Virus record (IMG/VR): IMGVR_UViG_3300008988_000001
From: a virus
Strand: one strand, 5' to 3'
Length of the DNA stretch: 62,648 bases
Shown: positions 54,249 to 60,450 of the stretch, one piece after another
How the letters are laid out: each line of letters opens with the position of its first letter
How positions within the stretch are numbered: position 1 is the stretch's first letter
Position numbers and translations under genes: made by a program
The notes under the pieces: model-generated
Database searches by the model: none
The model's input: only the letters and a program-made list of their open reading frames with translations
Told to the model about the DNA's origin: nothing

Positions 54249-54755
54249 ATGAATGTTAGCGACGATGAATTTGTTTCTTTGGTGAAAGGTGCAGCCGAGG
54301 AAGGCGAGCTTTTTAAATTTGAAAATAAAGAACTTAAGGACATGCTCAGTATTGCAGCGTCGTATCCCAACGATAAAGAACTATGCAGCGCTATTTCAAT
54401 AATAAAATCAGAGATAGCAAAAAGGAATAAATTTAATTCATTCCGTGTGTTTTTATGGGCAAAAAAGTGGCCTGTAATTGTAATTTTATCTATATTGCTC
54501 TTATTGAATTTTACCATTCGCTATGAAACTGAACAGGTGGGCGGCCGGCTAATCAGATACGATCGTCTTCTGTCGCACGTTGAAATGAAAAGCGTTTTCG
54601 GTAAATCGGACTGGCATAAATTAAGATACGAAAATCTCCAGCAGGCCAAGGCTGTTTTCCAAAAAAGGGACATGGAAGCCGCCGCAGAGAAAGATTTAGA
54701 AGAAATTAAACATAAAATAGATGAACTAAACGATGACATCCGGTGGGCTAAATGA
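54249..54755 (+). CDS. Single-pass membrane protein (lysogeny-island moron)
   Basis: 168-aa ORF with a central TM WPVIVILSILLLLNF and a coiled-coil C-terminus. Confidence 0.5.
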   Translation: MNVSDDEFVSLVKGAAEEGELFKFENKELKDMLSIAASYPNDKELCSAISIIKSEIAKRNKFNSFRVFLWAKKWPVIVILSILLLLNFTIRYETEQVGGRLIRYDRLLSHVEMKSVFGKSDWHKLRYENLQQAKAVFQKRDMEAAAEKDLEEIKHKIDELNDDIRWAK

Positions 54756-55282
54756 AGAAAATATTGCTCGTTATTGTTATTTTATTATTTTCCCTTCCTG
54801 TTTTTGCCGGTGAAATCTACACCTGGACAGATAAAAGCGGGGTTGAAAATATCACAACGACACCCCCGCCGGAATCCGCAAAGATCAAGAACCGGTCAAC
54901 GTTCAAACGTGACCACCCCCAAGCGATAGAATCCTTTCAGAGAAAACAAAGGGCGGCAACCGAAAGAGGGTTTGCCGGTTGGCAAAACAGCCAGAAGCGA
55001 GATTTTTCAAAACAGCGAGCCGAAAGAGACGCACAGGCCTCAAGAGACCAACGCGCCGACCAGGTAAAAAGAGAAACGGCCGCTCGTCTTCAAGCGGTCC
55101 GGGATAGCGGTTTGAGATTGCCGCAAGCGAACGTTGATATCGTAGAAAAAGCGGCAGAGATTAAGGCTGAGCAAATAAGAACGGGAACGGATAGGCCAAT
55201 AACTGCACAGGAAGACACGGATTTTCACATGAGGCAAATGCAATATGAAATTGACACATTAAAAAGTTCAATTAAGCCATGA
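54752..55282 (+). CDS. Secreted DUF4124-domain protein
   Basis: Signal peptide KILLVIVILLFSLPVFAG, then EIYTWTDKSGVENITTTPPPE (DUF4124 signature as recalled). ATGA overlap with the upstream gene. Confidence 0.6.
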   Translation: MKKILLVIVILLFSLPVFAGEIYTWTDKSGVENITTTPPPESAKIKNRSTFKRDHPQAIESFQRKQRAATERGFAGWQNSQKRDFSKQRAERDAQASRDQRADQVKRETAARLQAVRDSGLRLPQANVDIVEKAAEIKAEQIRTGTDRPITAQEDTDFHMRQMQYEIDTLKSSIKP

Positions 55283-55489
55283 GCGAAGACCAACAGAATA
55301 AATTTATCAAATCCCCCACTTATGCCGATATAAAATGTGATGATTTTCGTTTATATTAGAAATGATTTCATTGACAATATGTTAATTTCTCTTGACATTG
55401 TGAGTCTTATTAATTAGCGTAATTAAACAGGCTGATCAATCAGTCTGATAATCTTTACACCAAAGAACCATGGAAGGAGGGCCGGAGCC

Positions 55490-55855
55490 ATGGGGAAACA
55501 CCAAAATAAAAGCGCTATTCCATTAGAAAAGCTTGTTCTTCGTTGTTATGGAAGACAGTTGGCTGATGACAACTGGTATGGCGTCTGCATAAATTTGAAT
55601 CTCGCTGTCGAAGCATCATCGCGAGAAGAACTTGTTGAAGAAATGAGCGCCGTCATCAAGAGTTATCTGGAAACAGTTCTGGACACAAAAGACGTTAAGT
55701 CTATCCCTGAGCTTTTATCCAGGAAAGCTCCCCTGTCTGATCAGATTATGTATTACCTGATCGCTTGTATTTACCACATCAATAATATACCGAAGAATAA
55801 ATTCTTTAAATTTAAAGAGTTTATACCATTCCACTTTGCTCATAACCGTTGCTAA
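55490..55855 (+). CDS. hicB: HicB-like antitoxin candidate
   Basis: GGAAGGAGGG RBS. NWYGVCINLNLAVEASSREELVEEMSAVIKSYLE resembles the HicB N-terminal fold pattern. The next gene, hicA, starts at the following base. Confidence 0.45.
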   Translation: MGKHQNKSAIPLEKLVLRCYGRQLADDNWYGVCINLNLAVEASSREELVEEMSAVIKSYLETVLDTKDVKSIPELLSRKAPLSDQIMYYLIACIYHINNIPKNKFFKFKEFIPFHFAHNRC

Positions 55856-56104
55856 ATGGGAAAACACTACCCCCTCCTTGACCGAGAACAGGTAGAAGCA
55901 ATACTACGCGCACTTAATTTTAATCCGAAACGTCAAGGGGGTACCAGCCACTGTCAGTGGGAAGGATATACAAAAGGACTCCGGCGGATCGTTACAGTTG
56001 ACCACCTGAAAAAAGGACGCAAGGAGAAATACACTCACCGCCTTATGTCGAAAATGATTCAACAATCTGGTATTTCAAAAGACGAATTTTATTCTAATTT
56101 CTAA
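55856..56104 (+). CDS. hicA: HicA-like mRNA interferase toxin
   Basis: LRALNFNPKRQGGTSHCQWEG....RIVTVDH.......L.SKMIQQSGISKDEF fits the HicA/YcfA pattern (G-x-S-H, TVP/TVD-H, QxG). Confidence 0.65.
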   Translation: MGKHYPLLDREQVEAILRALNFNPKRQGGTSHCQWEGYTKGLRRIVTVDHLKKGRKEKYTHRLMSKMIQQSGISKDEFYSNF

Positions 56105-56139
56105 AAATTGATTCCTTAGTTCATCGTATACATTCATCA

Positions 56140-56161
56140 ACCCGCTACGGCGGGTTTTTTA
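56140..56161 (+). terminator. Rho-independent terminator after hicA
   Basis: ACCCGC-TACG-GCGGGT followed by TTTTTT. Confidence 0.7.
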
Positions 56162-56320
56162 TTGCCTGAAAATCAACCTCCCCACTCGAAAGCATGGCAT
56201 TTTTGCACAAATTGTTCTAATTGGCCCACGTATGATTACGACGAGAAGACAACAAAACCCACGTCTGGAGAACTTTGTAATGAATGCCTCTCGAAGCAGA
56301 AAGCGGGAACTTGTAAATAG

Positions 56321-56560
56321 CTAAAGGTTAAAGCAAGAAAAGGTCTTTTGTTCGCCGGCAAAATAAAGAGATTCAATCACATAATTGATTTTTTTTAATG
56401 AGGCGAACGCATCGAAACACGCCAAACATACCACATTGTTCTGAAGCATGGGGGGAATAACTTCCTCCCATGTTTCATTTTGTACATTGAAATTAAATTT
56501 GTCCTTTCTGCCGCAAACTTTACAGGTCTGTTGATGCGGGTCAGTTAAATAATTAATCAT
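56321..56560 (-). CDS. Small zinc-ribbon protein
   Basis: 79-aa ORF with CKVC...CLAC. Divergent from the rightward early promoter. Confidence 0.5.
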   Translation of the reverse strand: MINYLTDPHQQTCKVCGRKDKFNFNVQNETWEEVIPPMLQNNVVCLACFDAFASLKKINYVIESLYFAGEQKTFSCFNL

Positions 56561-56590
56561 TCCAACCTTAGTTACTTTCTATTTTCCCCT

Positions 56591-56618
56591 ATTTTACACC
56601 CTTCCCAGATCCCTGCAA
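56591..56618 (-). promoter_or_regulatory. Possible promoter for 56321..56560, back-to-back with the rightward promoter
   Basis: On the minus strand: TTGCAG, 16-nt spacer, TAAAAT. Confidence 0.25.
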
Positions 56619-56622
56619 GAAA

Positions 56623-56676
56623 AATGTTTCAGTATTGAAATATTCTCTTGACACAATGTTTCAGTTGTGAAATACT
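56623..56676 (+). promoter_or_regulatory. Rightward early promoter with two palindromic operators
   Basis: -35 TTGACA (56648..56653), 17-nt spacer, TGa-AATACT extended -10 (56668..56676). Operators AATGTTTCAGTATTGAAATAT (56623..56643) and AATGTTTCAGTTGTGAAATAC (56655..56675), each TTTCA-N4-TGAAA. Confidence 0.55.
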
Positions 56677-56682
56677 ACGCTC

Positions 56683-57093
56683 GAAACAAAGCAGCAACGA
56701 TCTTTGAAAATTAGGGCCAGTAGATAGTAAGCGGGAAAGGTCAGTCCAGTACAATCGAACGGACAGGGCAAATGGGTACACGGTGTTATCGGATAGAGGT
56801 GAATTCCCCCCAATACAAGCGAACGAATATTTCTACGCAATCGGAGACCGGCAAAGCGTTACGGGAAATGCTCCGGTTGGCCCTGAGACAGCAAAGCAGT
56901 AACCCCGAAGCGGCACGATCAAACCGCTCGGATCGCTTGGCAACCGGCAACGGAAATAAGACCTCGCATCCAATGAGCAAGATCAACAGCTGCGTATTCC
57001 GGTGGAATGGGGCCGGGGTAAATGAGTAGGGAGCCTGCCAGGGCAGCGGACAGGGAAGTGGAAAAAATAACGATCTTTGTGTGGGAGGATTTA
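56683..57093 (+). ncRNA. Long untranslated leader or candidate structured RNA. No convincing ORF; visibly GC-richer than its flanks.
   Basis: About 410 nt separate the predicted transcription start from the next RBS-led ORF. Pairings found by hand: AGGGCCA 56712..56718 with TGGCCCT 56879..56885, and hairpin CCGAAGCGG...CCGCTCGG 56904..56931. Class unknown. Confidence 0.25.
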
Positions 57094-57324
57094 ATGGAAC
57101 CGAGCGAACTTGAGAACAGATTTACCTATCATGCACCAAAGCCGGGACAGCCCGAGATTTATTCCAGTATCAGGGATAAAGCAAAAGAGCTGGCAATCTT
57201 GATTAACTCTGTATGTCCGGAAAGCAGGGAAAAGAGCCTTGCTTTTACCGACCTGGAAAATGCTGTTTTTTGGGCGAATGCTTCTATCGCCAGAGCCGGC
57301 CTCAGATTGCTAGCGTCATGCTGA
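57094..57324 (+). CDS. Small helical phage protein, candidate Acb2-like cyclic-oligonucleotide sponge (family assignment from memory, unverified)
   Basis: GGGAGGA RBS. MEPSELENRFTYHAPKPGQPEIYSSIRDKAKELAILINSVCPESREKSLAFTDLENAVFWANASIARAG carries the widespread F-x-YH-x-P...SREKSLA...WANA.IAR signature. Confidence 0.5.
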   Translation: MEPSELENRFTYHAPKPGQPEIYSSIRDKAKELAILINSVCPESREKSLAFTDLENAVFWANASIARAGLRLLASC

Positions 57325-57367
57325 AAAAAGAAAACGGCCTGTGGGCGGCTTAGCGTTTGGAGGGGTT

Positions 57368-57490
57368 ATGGAAAAGCGCATTGATGCCATCTTTTATTTT
57401 ATCGATACGAAACTGAAACCGGTTATCTGGATCACGATGATATTCGCACTGATCTACTTTATGCCGGCGATTTTGAGGATGCTTCAGTGA
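57368..57490 (+). CDS. Very small membrane protein (40 aa), below the ORF-track cut-off
   Basis: Hand translation gives MEKRIDAIFYFIDTKLKPVIWITMIFALIYFMPAILRMLQ. GGAGGGG RBS; its stop overlaps the next start (GTGA). Confidence 0.35.
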   Translation: MEKRIDAIFYFIDTKLKPVIWITMIFALIYFMPAILRMLQ

Positions 57491-57780
57491 TCCAGCCTAC
57501 CCTTGATGATTGGTTAAAGACATCCCGGTTTGAGGGACCGGCCGACAATGCGCGGGATATGGACCGGCTTTGCGGCCAGATCAGGGATATCCGCGAATTA
57601 ATGAAAGACGGGCATTGGAGGACGCTCGCAGAGATAGAACAAACGACCGGATTCCCTCAAGCCAGTATCTCCGCGCAACTTAGAAATTTAAGAAAGATTC
57701 GTTTCGGCGGGAATATGATCGAGAAGAGGCGCCGGCACGACGGGAACCAGTGGGAATATCAATTACAGACAGTCAATTAA
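57487..57780 (+). CDS. Winged-helix DNA-binding protein candidate
   Basis: WRTLAEIEQTTGFPQASISAQLRNLRK is a wHTH-like segment. Confidence 0.5.
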   Translation: MIQPTLDDWLKTSRFEGPADNARDMDRLCGQIRDIRELMKDGHWRTLAEIEQTTGFPQASISAQLRNLRKIRFGGNMIEKRRRHDGNQWEYQLQTVN

Positions 57781-57790
57781 GGAGGGCACG

Positions 57791-57985
57791 GTGCCGGACA
57801 CATTTCAGGAATCAACGTTCAAGGGAAACGCAGTTTGTAAAATCTACACAGGGGAATTCAAGGGCGAAGCGCAGTTTTTAGTAATGGGATTGAAGAAGGC
57901 GCAGGCTGTCCTTGAGAACATCGACGCGCTCAGAAAATGGGTGGACCGCCAGGAATTCCCACACGGACACAACGATCAGAAATAA
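57791..57985 (+). CDS. Hypothetical small protein
   Basis: 64-aa ORF with a GTG start after an AAGGAGGG RBS. Confidence 0.4.
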   Translation: MPDTFQESTFKGNAVCKIYTGEFKGEAQFLVMGLKKAQAVLENIDALRKWVDRQEFPHGHNDQK

Positions 57986-58010
57986 TTTTTAAACATGGAG
58001 GGCCGGAATA

Positions 58011-59087
58011 ATGACAGCAAAAACAGCAGAGTTAGTTATACCATCGCAATCAACAGACATGGCAGAAGTAAGGGCCGTATTTGATGCGGCAAAAAAAGCA
58101 GGGTGGAACGTTCTGATTCCTGAAACCCTCATCGTGGGACTTGCCGATAATTACGCAATTGCCTTCGCACAGACAACAGTCAGTCTCGATCTTGCCGACC
58201 AGGAAATTTATGCGGATGATGGATCAAAAGACAGCGAAGAAAAGAGATTCCGGCTCCAAAAAACGGCAATCATGAGAATTTCAGGCCCGTACATGGCCGG
58301 CCTGAAATGGTCGGCAAAGGATTCCGGAATTGAAACGTTTATTGACAATTATATCGCGTTCAAGTCGGTCGCTTCAATCATGGCTCCAGACGGACAAGAG
58401 ATTCCTTTTGTCGGGCACGATGATCTGGACTTCATCGTCCTGGAAGAAAAATACAGAGAGTCGTACACGGCAAAAGCCAAAATACTAAAGAAGGATAAGG
58501 AATATAACAATCCCGAGTCGGGGAAGCGGCCAGCCACCGATAAAGAGAAAGAAGAGTACATCAGCTATTGCGTTCGCCGTGACCTTCTGCAGAAGCGAGA
58601 ACATAAATTGGCACTAGTTGAGACGGGCGCGATGGAGCGCGTCGCCAGGGGCGCCATCGGTCTTAAAAACAGCTACAGCAAGAAACAGTTGCGGATGCCA
58701 TTTCTTACGGCTCGCGTCATTCAGAAGCCCGATTACTCAAATCCTTTGATTAAAAACGCGGCTCTTGCCGCCGGAAAAGAAGCATCAAAGAATATATTCG
58801 GCACCGATAAGCCGCCTATCGATATAGGCAAAAACGACAAGAAGCCTGAAGAACCGGATTCGATGCTGATCGACTTTGAAAACTCCGACGACGCGGGGCA
58901 GTGCAAAGCTATTACCGATCTTGCGCGGGCAAAGGGCTATGATCTGGCCGGATACCTGAAAAGGGCACAGGAAACCAACAACAGCGTTAAATCATTGAGC
59001 GACATCCCGAAACCCAACCGCATGGGCCTGTTTACTCATATTCGTTCGCTCGCGGCGAAACAGCCGCTTGACGACGTACCTTATTGA
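58011..59087 (+). CDS. Hypothetical recombination-module protein with an acidic SSB-tip-like C-terminus
   Basis: 358-aa ORF with a GGAGGG RBS, immediately upstream of sbcD/sbcC. The C-terminus ends ...PLDDVPY. Confidence 0.55.
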   Translation: MTAKTAELVIPSQSTDMAEVRAVFDAAKKAGWNVLIPETLIVGLADNYAIAFAQTTVSLDLADQEIYADDGSKDSEEKRFRLQKTAIMRISGPYMAGLKWSAKDSGIETFIDNYIAFKSVASIMAPDGQEIPFVGHDDLDFIVLEEKYRESYTAKAKILKKDKEYNNPESGKRPATDKEKEEYISYCVRRDLLQKREHKLALVETGAMERVARGAIGLKNSYSKKQLRMPFLTARVIQKPDYSNPLIKNAALAAGKEASKNIFGTDKPPIDIGKNDKKPEEPDSMLIDFENSDDAGQCKAITDLARAKGYDLAGYLKRAQETNNSVKSLSDIPKPNRMGLFTHIRSLAAKQPLDDVPY

Positions 59088-59220
59088 TAGAAGCCGCTCG
59101 CGGCCAGTGACGCGGCGGGAAACAATTAACAATCCCACAAAGGAGAAGGTTTTAAAAATAAAATAACACACGTATGATAGCCGGGCACTGGACTGGCACA
59201 AAATAAAGGAGGCCGGAAAA

Positions 59221-60450
59221 ATGAAAGTATTACACACAGCAGATCTTCACATTCGTGAAAAGAACATAGAAGAAATTGAAACATGCCTTGGGTTCATGGT
59301 CCAGACGGCAGAAAAACAGACCGTCGACCTGATTGTGATAGCGGGCGACATCTTTGACAGCCGGGATATTAAGCTCGATTCCATATCTGCAAAGCTGGCA
59401 ATAAAAACCGTATCCGCGCTGGCCAAAATAGCCCCGGTTGCAATAGTGATTGGAACTCCATCACACGATGGAACGGCGGCGACGATTCTCAATGACATAT
59501 TTAAAAGTAACGATGATTTTCTAAAGGTTATCGTTGCCGATCATCCGATGCAAATCTATTTTGACGGTGAATGTATAGGCGCCGTTGACGAATTTCCACA
59601 AGACGCACTGGCAGAGGGGTCATATCCTGACGCGATATTATCACTTATCCCCACGCCCACGAAACAATACTATCAAGGTACCGATCAGGAAATCAGCCAG
59701 GCAATGAACGGGTTGTTTATGGGCTTCGGCGCCCAGGCCGCAGAGTATAACTGCCCTCATGTCCTCGTTGGTCACTGGAACGTTTCGGGATCAAAACTCC
59801 CTAACGGGCATATTCGCACCGGCATGGATATTGAAATTTCCACGGACCAAATGATGTTGGCACAGCCTGATCTTGGATGCTTGGGGCATATTCATATCGC
59901 GCAAAAGCTCGGAGACCGGTTTTTCTTTTCAGGCCCGATCTATTCCACAAAAATTGATGAAGTAGGCCCGAATGGTTTTTACATTCACACGCTGGAAGGG
60001 AAAAGGCTCGTTTCGTCGGAGTTTATTCAGACGCCCTGCATGAAGCTTTTCCGTGCAACCTCAGACTATACGAAAGGACCGCTGCCGGATCTTGGAGAAT
60101 ACCCGGCTTATTTATTCACTTCAGAAATCATAATCAGAGAATGCGCCGGGGCGTCTGTTCGAGTTGATCTTACGGTGTGGCAGGATGAGGCCGCATTAAT
60201 CCCGAAAGATGAAATCAAACAGCTTTACCTCGATGCCGGCGCCCTCGATGTTGACGTTCGCCTCAACGCCGTGCCGCGGGAAACGGTCCGGGCGGCGGCT
60301 GTCCTGGAGGCCGAAACCCTCAAAGATGAATTTTCTGAAATGGCAAAGCTCAGGGGCGAGGAAATTGACCCTGAAATACTGCCCATGGTGGAACAGCTAG
60401 AGAATATACCGGCAGAAGAACTTTTAAAGACGATAGCGGAGGCCGCATGA
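59221..60450 (+). CDS. sbcD: SbcD/Mre11-like nuclease (calcineurin-like phosphoesterase)
   Basis: HTADLH, IAGDIFDS, GTPSHDG, VGHWNVSG and LGHIH phosphoesterase motifs in canonical order. AAGGAGG RBS. Confidence 0.85.
   Translation: MKVLHTADLHIREKNIEEIETCLGFMVQTAEKQTVDLIVIAGDIFDSRDIKLDSISAKLAIKTVSALAKIAPVAIVIGTPSHDGTAATILNDIFKSNDDFLKVIVADHPMQIYFDGECIGAVDEFPQDALAEGSYPDAILSLIPTPTKQYYQGTDQEISQAMNGLFMGFGAQAAEYNCPHVLVGHWNVSGSKLPNGHIRTGMDIEISTDQMMLAQPDLGCLGHIHIAQKLGDRFFFSGPIYSTKIDEVGPNGFYIHTLEGKRLVSSEFIQTPCMKLFRATSDYTKGPLPDLGEYPAYLFTSEIIIRECAGASVRVDLTVWQDEAALIPKDEIKQLYLDAGALDVDVRLNAVPRETVRAAAVLEAETLKDEFSEMAKLRGEEIDPEILPMVEQLENIPAEELLKTIAEAA

Noticed and set aside
55361-55420. Promoter and operator for hicBA (two TTGACA boxes, GAAATGATTTC palindrome)
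   Set aside because: I could not find a convincing -10 element at proper spacing from either TTGACA. The palindrome has the opposite half-site order to the TTTCA-N4-TGAAA operators. The evidence is too weak to annotate.
56162-56320. Zinc-ribbon-like reading frame without an ATG (…HFCTNCSNWPTYDYDEKTTKPTSGELCNECLSKQKAGTCK) between the hicA terminator and the convergent 79-aa gene
   Set aside because: The CxxC...CxxC pattern is suggestive. But the frame opens inside the terminator T-run, has only a TTG as a possible start and has no RBS. It may be a gene remnant, so I did not annotate it. It is worth a look only if homologs show it intact.
56760-56880. Resemblance to a c-di-GMP-I/cGAMP (GEMM-I) riboswitch: ACAGGGCAAA at about 56763 and GGCAAAGCG at about 56849
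   Set aside because: The two GCAAA-containing elements are about 85-95 nt apart, not about 25 nt. The first is not followed by a GNRA-capped hairpin, and the tetraloop-receptor layout is missing. The match is probably coincidental; only cmscan could revive it.
56772-57029. 85-aa plus-strand ORF (and antisense 56786..56986) inside the long leader
   Set aside because: It has no Shine-Dalgarno sequence, its translation is low-complexity and R/S/N/G-rich, and no family signature is visible. I treat the region as noncoding pending comparative data.
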